Source: Trypanosoma brucei
Taxonomy: Eukaryota
DNA length: 64,000 nt
Assembly: GCA_000002445.1 (NCBI GenBank)
Contig: CH464491.1
Location: forward strand, 1,120,001-1,184,000
Direction of reading: 5' to 3'
Shown here: positions 1 to 10,350 of the stretch, one piece after another
Layout: the number at the start of each line of letters is the position of its first letter
Position numbering within the stretch: position 1 is the stretch's first letter
Program-made: the position numbers and the translations under genes
Notes under the pieces: generated by a model
The model's database searches: none
What the model was told of the DNA's origin: nothing
What the model saw: only the letters and a program-made list of their open reading frames with translations

Positions 1-1489
1 CCTGTGCCTTGCTGCCACGCAAAACGGATCGTGTAAAGATGGCGTTGATACAGAGTCTGGTGAGGCGAGGGGTATCAGGCCCCTAATACAGCAAGAACTT
101 GTGGACGTCGTTGATCTTGACCCGTATGGTTCCGCTTCCCCCTTCCTTGAAGGTGCTGTGCGGTGCATTAGGGAAGGGGGACTATTGCTCGTGACGAGTA
201 CTGACAGCGCTATCTTGTGTGGGAATTACCCAGACACATGTCACGCAAAATACAACACTGTACCTACGAAAAATGCTGCGTGCCACGAGATGGCAGTGCG
301 CATCCTTCTCGCTGCCGTGGAGCGTGTGGCTAATAAACACCGCAAATACATTGTTCCGTTGCTTTCTCTGCATATCGATTTCTATGTTCGTTGCTTTGTT
401 CGTGTGTACACGCAGCCGGCAGAGGTGAAGCTCAGCCCATGTAAACTGGGTTATCTCATTCAGTGCAACCACTGCCCCGCGTTTTGGGTTAGACAAATAG
501 CCGTCTCACGTATGCGGGTGAAGAAGCGGTCTCGAAAACTAGGCAATGCGGGAGAAGACGTGACTGCCGGAAGTCAAGGCAATGTGGCGAAAAGTGAGGA
601 ACATCGCCTCTCAGATTCAGGAAATGCGAGAGGCACCAACGAGGGTGGGGAGGCGCACAAGGCTGATGAATGGGGGTGGGAACGATTCCCTGCAGCTCCA
701 TCCCGCCGTGAGAATCCCAAGATAGTTTCCCCTAGTCTCCAACAAATTTTTCCATCTTCACTGCGCGGTCACTGTTGTTGTGTTTGCGGAGCATCTGTGT
801 CGCTGTCTGGCCCCATCTACGCGGCCCCGACGCAGAGTGCGCCATTTCTCGGGCAGCTATTGGTAGAGATTGAGCGGCGCGCTTCTGCTAACCATATTAC
901 CGCTGTGGCGCGTATATCGGGCCTTGTTCGTGTTGCAATGGAAGAACTAGCCGATACCCCGCTCTTTTACCAGTTGCCAGACGTCGCCTCTTTTGTACGT
1001 GTCCGTTGTCCCCCCGCCCCGCTATTTATTGGAGCCCTAGGACGCAAGGGATACCGCTGCAGTCAAGTGCATTGTGCACCGTCAGGTATCAAGACTGATT
1101 GCCCCCCGGAAATTGTGGTCGGTGTGATGATGCAATGGAAGAAGTACGAAGAGGAAAATAATGAGAGAGTTGTTGAAGGAGGAAAAGAAGAGGATGCGGT
1201 GCTTGATATCCACTCTGATCGTGTGACCTCTCCTCCCGCCATGATTGAAGGCGGGGGTTGTGGAAGCGGTGACGGAAAGAGTAATGAGAGGGGAACCAGG
1301 AAGAAAGGGAGGGTAGATCAACGCGTGCCGCTAGTGAAACCTTTATCGGATGTTGACTTCTCCTACGACAAGCAATTTGATTTCCGTGGTGCTGTCACAG
1401 GCGTGGCGAAGTTTATTCCCAACGCCCCCAACTGGGGACCGAAGCGAAAACACCAAGGGGCCATGCATTCCGCTGTCGATGCTCCATGA
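1..1489 (+). CDS. TRM1: tRNA (guanine26-N2)-dimethyltransferase (TRM1), C-terminal part; 5' end lies upstream of the window
   Basis: The frame stays open from the window edge to the stop at 1487-1489. The translation contains DLDPYGS (the TRM1 SAM-MTase motif) and a C-terminal Cys/His cluster, QCNHCPAFW, typical of TRM1. The M at 101 in the ORF track is an alternative-start artefact. Confidence 0.75.
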   Translation, partial: LCLAATQNGSCKDGVDTESGEARGIRPLIQQELVDVVDLDPYGSASPFLEGAVRCIREGGLLLVTSTDSAILCGNYPDTCHAKYNTVPTKNAACHEMAVRILLAAVERVANKHRKYIVPLLSLHIDFYVRCFVRVYTQPAEVKLSPCKLGYLIQCNHCPAFWVRQIAVSRMRVKKRSRKLGNAGEDVTAGSQGNVAKSEEHRLSDSGNARGTNEGGEAHKADEWGWERFPAAPSRRENPKIVSPSLQQIFPSSLRGHCCCVCGASVSLSGPIYAAPTQSAPFLGQLLVEIERRASANHITAVARISGLVRVAMEELADTPLFYQLPDVASFVRVRCPPAPLFIGALGRKGYRCSQVHCAPSGIKTDCPPEIVVGVMMQWKKYEEENNERVVEGGKEEDAVLDIHSDRVTSPPAMIEGGGCGSGDGKSNERGTRKKGRVDQRVPLVKPLSDVDFSYDKQFDFRGAVTGVAKFIPNAPNWGPKRKHQGAMHSAVDAP

Positions 1490-1581
1490 GAAACACATAA
1501 AAAGGGTAGTGCTTCCTGCTACCACGTCCCCACGACCTCCCTGCGGTTAATCACTTAACGGGTTTTAATAACCATCAATTA

Positions 1582-2655
1582 ATGTGGGGGTTCTGTAAAA
1601 TTGACAAGCAACAAAGAGAAGCACATTATGCAAATAATTATCGTCGGCCACGTGAACTCGATTTCTCTGTTGTTTGTGGCTGTTGGTGCCCCGAAAAATT
1701 ACTCACATGCACTTTCTCTTCGATTTACTTCAATGTGAAGGACACCAGACCGCTCCTCGTTGTATATATAAACAAAGGAAAGGTGGGAGTGCCGTTCCTG
1801 GTGGCACAACACTTGTCCTCTCAGCAAATGTTTTGCCGTTCCGTGAAGTGGTTTAGTGTATTTGACGCTTGTTATGTTCTTAACCTTGACCGCCGCCAGG
1901 ACCGCTGGGCACACGTACAGCAGCAGCTGTCCCGGGCGAAGTTAGAGACGTTTCTTCGACCACCGGCGAAGGTTACCCGTGTGAGTGGTGTTGATGGGCA
2001 GGCGCTAGATGTGGAAGCGCTTCATCGAAACGGCCTTGTAACAGACGTTGGATACCAACGGTTCCTGTTGCCGCTTGAGGAAAAGTTGTTTGGTATGGAT
2101 TTAACTCCCGGTGCTATCGGTTGTGCGTTGGGCCACAGAAAGATATGGGAAACTGTTGTTGAGAAGCGTCATCAGTGTGCATTGATTCTGGAAGACGATG
2201 TTGAGTTCCACCACAAGTTTCCCCGACTTTTGAGAGAAGTTTGGCCGCGTGTTCCGAGCGATTGGGGAATCGTGCATCTTGGTGGACTCGACCTGCTCGC
2301 TAGTGGGAAACCGCCAAGACCCTTTGTTGATGTGGGCGTTCGGCATGCATACAGCGGACATCGTGAGCTGACAGCTTACGTTCTTCACCACGTCGCTGCA
2401 AAGAGGTGCCTTGAGCACACACTGCCGATGACGTGGCAAGTGGACACCCATATTTGTAGCGTCGTGACGGAAGATCCGGCGGCACAAGACAGTTACATTT
2501 CTGATCCCATGACGTATGTCTTTCAGCCATCATTGGCTATTCAGATCACATCGTTCGGAACTGATGTGCAGAAGAGGCCGTCAGACAACCCCCCACTCGA
2601 AGATGCAGCGCGGCGTATGCGAGAGTTTGTAGGAGGGGGGACGTCCGTTCGCTGA
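1582..2655 (+). CDS. Glycosyltransferase family 25 (LgtB / COLGALT-like) domain protein
   Basis: The translation contains CYVLNLDRRQDRW...VSGVDGQALD...GAIGCALGHRKIW...CALILEDDVEF, which matches the Glyco_transf_25 signature. The true start is probably the internal ATG at 1828 (MFCRSVKWF). No obvious signal or TM segment. Confidence 0.65.
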   Translation: MWGFCKIDKQQREAHYANNYRRPRELDFSVVCGCWCPEKLLTCTFSSIYFNVKDTRPLLVVYINKGKVGVPFLVAQHLSSQQMFCRSVKWFSVFDACYVLNLDRRQDRWAHVQQQLSRAKLETFLRPPAKVTRVSGVDGQALDVEALHRNGLVTDVGYQRFLLPLEEKLFGMDLTPGAIGCALGHRKIWETVVEKRHQCALILEDDVEFHHKFPRLLREVWPRVPSDWGIVHLGGLDLLASGKPPRPFVDVGVRHAYSGHRELTAYVLHHVAAKRCLEHTLPMTWQVDTHICSVVTEDPAAQDSYISDPMTYVFQPSLAIQITSFGTDVQKRPSDNPPLEDAARRMREFVGGGTSVR

Positions 2656-2940
2656 GGGTCCAGCGTGATACGTAATTACACGTGTAGGTGCTGAAAACCC
2701 CGCGTGTCCGCGTTCCTTCATGTTTGAATCAAGAAGGATGGGAACTCATTACGGCAATTGACGTAACGCATTGTGGTAGTGGTACACCTCCATTGTTCTA
2801 GCAACACTCTCGATTGGCGTTCGTTATTACTCTTGGTGTTTTCTCCCGAAACGTTTTATCTCTTCTGTTTCGATTGGGTCTTTACCCTACCCCCTAATGT
2901 TGTCGTGTCCTTTAGTCATGATTCCCGAGGCCGAAAGTTG

Positions 2941-2997
2941 CTTTTTCACTCAATTTTCTTTCTCTATTTTATTTTCTAACTGATTTTCCTTCTTCCC
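2941..2997 (+). promoter_or_regulatory. Polypyrimidine tract with downstream AG: candidate trans-splicing signal for the gene at 3221
   Basis: The tract reads ctttttcactcaattttctttctctattttattttctaactgattttccttcttccc. Confidence 0.4.
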
Positions 2998-3095
2998 GTG
3001 ACCGTAAAGGGCAGGTGCGCGACCTCTTCGAGATAGCAACAAACGCACCGCTTACAAGAATCAACTCATATATATATATATAAGTAAATTTCTTT

Positions 3096-3100
<5 letters not shown>

Positions 3101-3128
<28 letters not shown>
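3101..3128. repeat. (TA)n microsatellite
   Basis: Perfect TA dinucleotide run. A shorter (TA)n lies at about 3068-3082. Confidence 0.9.
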
Positions 3129-3181
3129 CGTATCTGTGTCTCTGTGTGTATCTTTGTATCTATCCTTAGAATAGTTCATCG

Positions 3182-6100
3182 GTGGGGAGGTGGTGCCGCA
3201 AGGTCCGTACACACTCAACGATGCCTAGTTCCAAGTCGGACAGTGGGGATCCAACGCCGGTGCAGCACCTAGCTAATGAATCGATGCAGTCCTCAGCAAC
3301 GTTAAGTGCCAGTGCCTGGGCTTCGGCGGTGAAACGTTTTGAAGGCCCAAAATCGAGTGGAAATAGTGCACCCACCGACGGCGGGAAACCCCGACACAAG
3401 GAATCTATGTTTGCTGTTAAACAGGCGACAGCACCTGAGACGATGGACCCAATAATGAGACGGCTCGAGCTCCGCTACGAACCGTTGCCGGCGGAGAGGC
3501 AGTATTCAGTTCAGTCGTCTTCACGAAAGCAACGCGGGGAACAACGATCCGATGTTGTTGACGTTTCGATGCAAGCAGTGCAGGATGAAACTGTAGCGCT
3601 GCTAACCAGGCACCTTCCCTGCATCCCGTCTACATTACCGGATGTGACAGAATGGAAAGAGGCAACCAAGTCGCAAAATGAACCTGTACTTGACGACCGC
3701 ATCACCGCACAGACGATCCACAGGTTGCTGTGCAAAGGTCATTTTCGCGACCGCAAACGACAGCTACTGAAATGCCGTTCCAAGCAAGCGATAGAGGAGT
3801 TCGACGAACTGTTACCTAGCAACGCAGTTAATGCGCTTTCCAAGCAAGTGAGTCGCTTAGAGCCGCCTTTTGTGGAAAAGATGATGGAAGCTAAGATGTA
3901 CTGTAAGCAGCAGAAAAACGATGAATCAACACCGCGGGAGGTGCACCCCGCTTCGTGCGAGGGTACCCCATTTTCGCGGGCCCCGCCGGGTTATTACCAC
4001 TCCCATCTTTCGGCACCACCACCCTCTCGATGTAGTTTTACGGCAAGCCCGAAGGGGGACTTGTCACCACTGCAAAAGCAGGCATTACCCGGGATACTCA
4101 CTGCATCGGAGGATAATTTTTCCGCGAAAATTCCTGCATCTGTGACACTAACGCTCTCCACCGCCGCAGGTGATGATCAGAGTATCGTTGACCAGGTGGT
4201 TGCTTACGCTGCGTCCAAACGTCGTCCCAGTGTTGCAGTGGTTGGTGGTGACCTTATTGAAACTAACACCCAAGGAGACCCGTATGGACACGGTTGTGAC
4301 CTTAAACTGCACCCGTCCCACAAACCCGTGTTCTCTGCACTAGATGCCGTGCTTTCCGTGAGCAAAGAATATGAGAAGGTTCAGCAGCAGTGGCCGGGGA
4401 GAAGCGCTTCCCGAATAAGTGCGGCGCGCCGCGGCATAACGGAGCGCATCACATCACTTCATTCGTCTCGCATTCCACCAGAGTTTTGGGTTTCTATTCA
4501 CCAACCAACACTTCCGGGTACTAGGCTTCTTCAGCACCCACACTTGGCAAAACGGGAACCAAGCAGCAGCGTGCCAGAGAAGACGCTGATGTTTCCTGCA
4601 GCCAATGCAACGGGCAGAGCGCAGGTTTATCTGCTTGCTGATACCCTGGACCGTATGCTTGAGGAAGGGTCGGGGGATCTTGAGGTGCTTGCAGACAAGG
4701 AACTTGCGCTCCTGCTGATCCCAGAAGAGCTAGACGACGGCAAACCTGCCGGCTTAGGGGCTGTTGGCTCCTCAGAGAAGTTCACCAATGTATGTCCACT
4801 TAAGTCTTCTGACGATGCACATGCGCAGTACATTCAGTCTGCGGAAAGGGTTATGAAAACAATCGATATAGGGCTCGCCGAATTATCTCGGCAAGTGGGA
4901 AGCTTCTGCATAGAGCGCGGTGCGCTTCTTGATTCCCTCCGAATTGTTATTAACGACCTTTCATCGAGCTGCTTCGCATTAGTGAGCTACTGTAAGGATC
5001 GCGCACGTCAAGAGCTTATGATGCGGCGTGAACTTGCTTCTGCCTCAAGCAAGGATGTGGAAATGGTCTTTGAGCTTCGGGAGCAGTTGAAAAAAGCTCA
5101 AAGTGAGGTACAAGCGTTGCGAGAAGTAAACAATGAATATGTAAAGAAGGCCCAAAAATATGATACATTGATTGAGCGGTTGATGCTAAAGGATAGCATG
5201 TTTTACAAGCACTCGGCGGACCTACATTTAAGCATGCTTATGGAACTAGAGGAAAGCTACACTGAGTCGACAAATAAAGGAATGGACGCGCTGTACCACC
5301 ACACTTCGACAAATGCAGCAGAACCCAAAGTAGCTGAGGCACCCATAATTCGCTTAGCGACTATGAAGCAGAAGGAACATCAGGAAGCGGAGAAAAAAGT
5401 ATATGAAGAGTCGTATCGTCTAATCAGCGTCTTGTCTAAAACCATGGATACCGTTGAGAAGGTCTGCCAACCGTTATACGACCACGTTGATTTGCCGAAA
5501 CACAGGTCCACTGTCAATGTTGCCTCGTCAAAGTGGGCGATGATAGCTTCCGCCGTTGGTTCTTACGAGGTAGAAAAGAAACATCGCCGGCGTGTTTTTG
5601 ATGTATTCGCCGAGTGGAATTCCTTACAGGAGCCCGTTCCTGCTTCAGCATTGCCTGACGATAAATTGAAAGATGATGAAGTGGAGAACAAAAGTCACGC
5701 CGTCGAATCCCATGCTTATTCATATTCCACCACCCCCAGAGGTTTGGAAAATACTCATAACGCTGACGCGCAAGAGGGGACCTTCACTACCGATGTGGTT
5801 ACGGCGTCGCAATGCACAGAAGTCGGACAACCTTCTTCAGCAGCGACCCGGCGGATGCGGCCCATCACTAAGGAGGATCTGGTTGCTATGGATGTGAAGG
5901 ACTGCACTGCTGAGGAAATAAATGCGCTTTACGCTGAAGATTTTGACATGGCCGCGTACCTGCACCCCGAATGGAACCCCCCAACCGACGTTGAACTGAC
6001 TCCGATGGTTCTGCGGGATATGATTCATGATGTTACGGAATCGCTTATGCATATTGCGCTTCGCATGCAAGCCCTTTCCACGAGCAGCTTCATCGAGCAG

Positions 6101-6547
6101 TGTTTGAAACCGCCGGCGATGCCACCCGCACACCCCGAAGAGCCATGTTCGCTGTGTGGGAGGAAGGACCGAAGTGCTATCGGCAAAAAGAACAGGGGCG
6201 AGGCATTACAGAAGGTGGCGAATGAGGTCCAGCGACGTTATGAAATGCTCGGGCAGAAGTGTCAACGAGCTGAGGCCGAGCGGGAGAGGCTTCGCAAAGA
6301 GCTTCAGATGCAGCAGGCACATGAGTGTAGATTAGCACGGGAGTTTGGTATGCGGGAGGAAGAACTAAAGAAGGCAAATGCAGAGCTTGCTGAGGAGAAT
6401 AATCGCAGGGGCCGGCGCAGGCGGTCGCAGATAAACACTCACGAGAGGCCACGAAGTTCTTTCATGCGTTCGTCGGTGTTGTCCGAGATGCTTAATTTAT
6501 CTGGCAGCATAGACGATGCCCCAGTGCCTGGGGAGGAAGAAAAGTAA
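3182..6547 (+). CDS. Large hypothetical protein with C-terminal coiled-coil and basic tail
   Basis: Uninterrupted 1121-codon ORF. The likely start is the ATG at 3221 (MPSSKSD), after a polyY tract at 2941-2997. There are heptad-like E/K/Q-rich stretches around 5030-5200 and 6190-6420. Confidence 0.6.
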   Translation: MGRWCRKVRTHSTMPSSKSDSGDPTPVQHLANESMQSSATLSASAWASAVKRFEGPKSSGNSAPTDGGKPRHKESMFAVKQATAPETMDPIMRRLELRYEPLPAERQYSVQSSSRKQRGEQRSDVVDVSMQAVQDETVALLTRHLPCIPSTLPDVTEWKEATKSQNEPVLDDRITAQTIHRLLCKGHFRDRKRQLLKCRSKQAIEEFDELLPSNAVNALSKQVSRLEPPFVEKMMEAKMYCKQQKNDESTPREVHPASCEGTPFSRAPPGYYHSHLSAPPPSRCSFTASPKGDLSPLQKQALPGILTASEDNFSAKIPASVTLTLSTAAGDDQSIVDQVVAYAASKRRPSVAVVGGDLIETNTQGDPYGHGCDLKLHPSHKPVFSALDAVLSVSKEYEKVQQQWPGRSASRISAARRGITERITSLHSSRIPPEFWVSIHQPTLPGTRLLQHPHLAKREPSSSVPEKTLMFPAANATGRAQVYLLADTLDRMLEEGSGDLEVLADKELALLLIPEELDDGKPAGLGAVGSSEKFTNVCPLKSSDDAHAQYIQSAERVMKTIDIGLAELSRQVGSFCIERGALLDSLRIVINDLSSSCFALVSYCKDRARQELMMRRELASASSKDVEMVFELREQLKKAQSEVQALREVNNEYVKKAQKYDTLIERLMLKDSMFYKHSADLHLSMLMELEESYTESTNKGMDALYHHTSTNAAEPKVAEAPIIRLATMKQKEHQEAEKKVYEESYRLISVLSKTMDTVEKVCQPLYDHVDLPKHRSTVNVASSKWAMIASAVGSYEVEKKHRRRVFDVFAEWNSLQEPVPASALPDDKLKDDEVENKSHAVESHAYSYSTTPRGLENTHNADAQEGTFTTDVVTASQCTEVGQPSSAATRRMRPITKEDLVAMDVKDCTAEEINALYAEDFDMAAYLHPEWNPPTDVELTPMVLRDMIHDVTESLMHIALRMQALSTSSFIEQCLKPPAMPPAHPEEPCSLCGRKDRSAIGKKNRGEALQKVANEVQRRYEMLGQKCQRAEAERERLRKELQMQQAHECRLAREFGMREEELKKANAELAEENNRRGRRRRSQINTHERPRSSFMRSSVLSEMLNLSGSIDDAPVPGEEEK

Positions 6548-6622
6548 CCGCAGGTGAGTGAAATCGTGCAGGGAGGTGCCTCTGTGTGTTACAAACTGTA
6601 GGTATACGGATAAATAAGTGAA

Positions 6623-6646
6623 TATATATATATATATATATATATA
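6623..6646. repeat. (TA)12 microsatellite
   Basis: The run reads atatatatatatatatatatatat. Confidence 0.9.
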
Positions 6647-7460
6647 TTGTGCGCGTGTTTTGGGAACGGGGGTGGGAGAGGGGGTGATGTACAGAAAGAA
6701 GGCAAGATTGTGCCATGCGTCATGAGCGAATCGAGGCTCCGCAACGAAACAGGGGGAAAAAAGGATTCCAGTGAAGTGGGGTAGGGAGAAATGTGGAGGA
6801 AGCGAAGGGCATGTGGAAACTGGAGGGGAAACTGAACGTAGAGACGTTGGGGTTTACTAATGGCGGAGGTTGGGAAGTAAAAAGAAATGCTCCAGGTCCA
6901 ACGTATTTCCGAGCCCTCTTTTTAGTTGTTTCATTCCTTCCTTTTTTGATACATATGCGTAATGCCTGTATGTTTGTGTTTGCGTATTGTTTAATTATTT
7001 TCTCACGTTGTGTATATGTACATACGTCCGATAGTGTGTAGCATGCGAGTGGATGAATGCTCGTAGTTGTGTTTCTTGTATGTGGTTATCAAAAAGTGCT
7101 GGGTGGTGTGGTCTGGAGCACATGAAACGCACTTGCTCACGATCGAGTGTGCTGGTCCCTTTTACTTGCTGTTTTTTTTCTTTTCTTCATAGCAATCGCA
7201 CAATGTCCGTTTCCGCAATAATTTCTTCGTTCTGCTGTGTGTGTGTTAGTGAACTTCAATTTGGATTGCAATAGGGTACTGATGTTAGTGCTTCTTCGTG
7301 TATTTGTGTTGGGACAAACGTGCCTTGTTGCATTTTGTTTTTTCTTTAGATTTTCTTCTAATATTTAGGTGGTGATGATATGATCGTCGTTTTTGCTTGT
7401 TTAAGGCGGAGTTCCGATTGTGGTGCTGGGCCACAAACATGTGTCACTGCGCTTTTTTGC

Positions 7461-7595
7461 ATTTCTTAAGTCCGTATTCGTTTCTTCATCATCACTCCTC
7501 CTGTCTTTGTCAATGTTGGCGAACTCATCAGTTCCTTCATCCCTTTGTGGTTATTACTGTTTGTTTTTCCTTTTTTTTTGCCTGAATTCAACGTC
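7461..7595 (+). promoter_or_regulatory. Extended polypyrimidine tract upstream of the gene at 8199
   Basis: A C/T-rich run (tttcttcatcatcactcctcctgtctttg...tttttcctttttttttgcc). A further tract lies at 7767-7828. Confidence 0.35.
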
Positions 7596-8156
7596 TTCCG
7601 CTGGCTTACACACCGGTGACTTGTAGCAATTCCGTGACTATATCTTCCTCCCTGCAATTTTAGCTCCTCGGCGTGGGAGGAGAAAGTGAAAAAGAGCGAA
7701 GAAAAAAACAACACATTTGTGTGTGCGTTCGGGTTGTTGTTGTTGTGTTTTGCAGTGTGGTAAAATCCCTCCCTCTTCTTTTATGTCCTTTTTCTTTTTA
7801 ATTTCACCTCACTCCACTTTCCCCCTTGCGTGTGTTTTGTGGATGACACAACGAGGTAAGGGAGCAAGTATTAGTGATAATTAAGAGACTGGTGGAGGGT
7901 CATTTACCCTCGGAGATACGACCAGACACGCACACAGCGAGAGGGAAGGGGGTTTTGTTTTCCGCCCTCGCGGGAGGTCTGAAGAAGAAAAGGAACTTAC
8001 GGGAACCAGCGTGGCGAAGTGGACTCACAGTGTGCTATTAAGGAGTGTATTTAGGACCGTGTTAGCGGCGGAGAAAAAGAAAGGGAGGAAAGGGAAGGAA
8101 GGAAGATTAGAAATCAGCGAGGAGCACACTTTAAAAGGTTTTGTTGTTTTGCTTGT

Positions 8157-10253
8157 GTGTCCCCCATCCTTTCTTTTTTAGAACGCTGTGTTTTTGAAAT
8201 GGGTGAATATCCAGACAACGCCACTGACACGTTATCCAGGGCGGAGCGCCTTGTGTCCAACATCAACGCCAAATTTGCCGCATTTCTACAGCAGTTGAAA
8301 CCAAACGAGCATCGCATCAATGGATATGGGGAGACGCTTGTAGATGGACGCACATCGGCATCTGGGTTTGTGAGAAATACCGAAATCATTGAATTGTACG
8401 GTCGAGAAGAAAGTACAAGTTCCACTCTCTTTGAAGATGCGTCCAACCCACATTATGTGCATCGCCGGAAGCGCTCATCCTCACTCTATTCGACATGTGG
8501 TCGAAGCAACCAAAGTGCCGAGCGGAATTTGTTTTTTGCTGCCAACGACTTGTGTATGTTTCTCAACGGTGGTGTGGACTACCGCAGTATTTGTTTGAAG
8601 TACCAGGAAACACTGGAGGTATTACTCGGCCTTATTCGCGATGACATTGGCATGCTGCACTCAGTTAGTATCTTCACCCCTGATATGGTATCGGATGCGG
8701 TGAAAACGCTTCGGAACCTCTACACGGAGGCAAAAATACTGCTTGAGCAACACGGTCTTGTCTCGGGTGCGCACTCACCGGAGAGACGTGCAAGTACTTC
8801 ACCTGGACGCTCACCCGACCACACGGCTACTCAAGTTGATCGCATCGGTTCCCAAGTTATGGGACAGAACAATAATGGTTTAGATAGTGGAAACGGTAGT
8901 GCACAGTCACGCAGCGGTGCTGAGGCACATGCTCACGCAATGTATGCGAATGGCGGCGGACACTCACCTCGGCCGGCTGCGCTTGTCGAGGGAATACTGA
9001 GTACGAGTAGCAACAAGCACCGTATTCCTTCCAGGCATACAGACACGGAGAGGTATTCCCCGTTGCATTTTTGCAGTAGCAAGTTGAAACCACAAACCAC
9101 AAAAGTGACACCTACTGAGGGTCCCGCGGCTCCCGATGAGGTGGACATAACCCAAGGTATTCATGGCTCCTCCACAAAAGAGCCTAAGATTTCAAATGAG
9201 GAGGCGTTTGGTCCCCATCCCAGGGAATGTAGGAATAACGCCCGTCGACTTGCGGTCCAGGAAGTGTATGAAAAAATTTTCCATAATGACGGCACTGATA
9301 TGCTTCGCGATGTAATGTGCCTCATAGCGGAGAAGGAGTACGGATTTACTGCTCCCGAGTTGAAGAAGTACGATGTTTGCTCCCAACTTGCAAGTCGCTT
9401 GCTCCACTGCTACGCAACCGCATCACAGCAACGCGACCAGGTACCAAATTCAGTTACAAGTGGCCCTACACTGCCTTTTGATTACATAGAGAATTGTTTC
9501 CACTGTAACGTTGAACCGAACGATCAAGTCTTAAACACGCTGAGTTGCATCGCAGTGGGGAAGCGAACCTTAAAGATCGTGCTGGCCAACATGCACATAA
9601 CCGACGATGATTTGCGACCCCTCGTGCCATTGCTATCGAAATTTGACCAAATGATCACCCTCGACATCAGTAATAACAGATTCGGTGACAATGGCGCACA
9701 GCTTCTTTGCAAATCGATGTTGGCCCACCCAGCGCTGAAGGAGCTCAATATTAGTGGAAATTTTGTAACAGATGCCAGTGCTGATGCACTTCTGCAGCTT
9801 GCGGCGTCAGCAACGCAATTGATGGTGGTGAGGAAGCAAGGCACCAATCTCAGTCCTGGTGTTTGTGAGGAACTCGAGAGGGCGCTCAGACGAGGACAAG
9901 GCTGTAGAAGCGCTCAGCGGTCCCTAGGAAGCGCATCGCACGTTTCCAGGCGCGCCCAATCCGAAGCAGATGCGTACAACTCTCCTTCTGCATTTTCTGG
10001 TGTTAGATCAACAAACCCACCTCCCGTTGTAGCTCTCAACAGTGTGGGTTATAAGTGGCAGCGACCCGCTGTTACGAGTAACTCAAATAGCCCCACGCCA
10101 ATTTCCCTAAGTCCTTCCCCTCTCAACTACGTTTTGCATGAGTGGGATAGGTTGGGTGCATGCATGGGTTCGTTGGATACAAACTGCGCACGGACACAAC
10201 AGGGTGTGCGACTGCCTTGTATCATAGCGAAGGGGAAAAAAGAGGGAATGTAA
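8157..10253 (+). CDS. Hypothetical protein with C-terminal RNI-like leucine-rich repeats
   Basis: 698-codon ORF. The likely start is the ATG at 8199 (MGEYPDN), directly after a polyY/AG. LRRs include LDISNNRFGDNGAQLLC...LKELNISGNFVTDASADALLQLA. Confidence 0.6.
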   Translation: MSPILSFLERCVFEMGEYPDNATDTLSRAERLVSNINAKFAAFLQQLKPNEHRINGYGETLVDGRTSASGFVRNTEIIELYGREESTSSTLFEDASNPHYVHRRKRSSSLYSTCGRSNQSAERNLFFAANDLCMFLNGGVDYRSICLKYQETLEVLLGLIRDDIGMLHSVSIFTPDMVSDAVKTLRNLYTEAKILLEQHGLVSGAHSPERRASTSPGRSPDHTATQVDRIGSQVMGQNNNGLDSGNGSAQSRSGAEAHAHAMYANGGGHSPRPAALVEGILSTSSNKHRIPSRHTDTERYSPLHFCSSKLKPQTTKVTPTEGPAAPDEVDITQGIHGSSTKEPKISNEEAFGPHPRECRNNARRLAVQEVYEKIFHNDGTDMLRDVMCLIAEKEYGFTAPELKKYDVCSQLASRLLHCYATASQQRDQVPNSVTSGPTLPFDYIENCFHCNVEPNDQVLNTLSCIAVGKRTLKIVLANMHITDDDLRPLVPLLSKFDQMITLDISNNRFGDNGAQLLCKSMLAHPALKELNISGNFVTDASADALLQLAASATQLMVVRKQGTNLSPGVCEELERALRRGQGCRSAQRSLGSASHVSRRAQSEADAYNSPSAFSGVRSTNPPPVVALNSVGYKWQRPAVTSNSNSPTPISLSPSPLNYVLHEWDRLGACMGSLDTNCARTQQGVRLPCIIAKGKKEGM

Positions 10254-10312
10254 ATGTGTATAAAGATTTTGCTGAACCCCGTGGGTTCGTGCAACCGGGG
10301 GAAGTATATGTG

Positions 10313-10350
10313 CATGTGTGTGTGTGTGTGTGTGTGTCGGGGGGGGGGGG
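10313..10350. repeat. (TG)n followed by G12 homopolymer
   Basis: The run reads tgtgtgtgtgtgtgtgtgtgtgtgtcgggggggggggg. Confidence 0.9.

Noticed and set aside
61-120. Apparent in-frame TAA at 83-85 that would truncate the TRM1 reading frame
   Set aside because: The printed line for 61-120 contains 59 characters (one base dropped in display). With ORF-track coordinates the frame is open from the window edge, so the gene is treated as 5'-partial.
6545-6560. CAG/GTGAGT and GTAAGT 5'-splice-site-like hexamers immediately after stop codons (also 46168-46180 and 10861-10866)
   Set aside because: Cis-splicing is exceptional in trypanosomatids. No downstream ORF continuation, branch point or 3' splice site context was seen. 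These are most likely chance matches.
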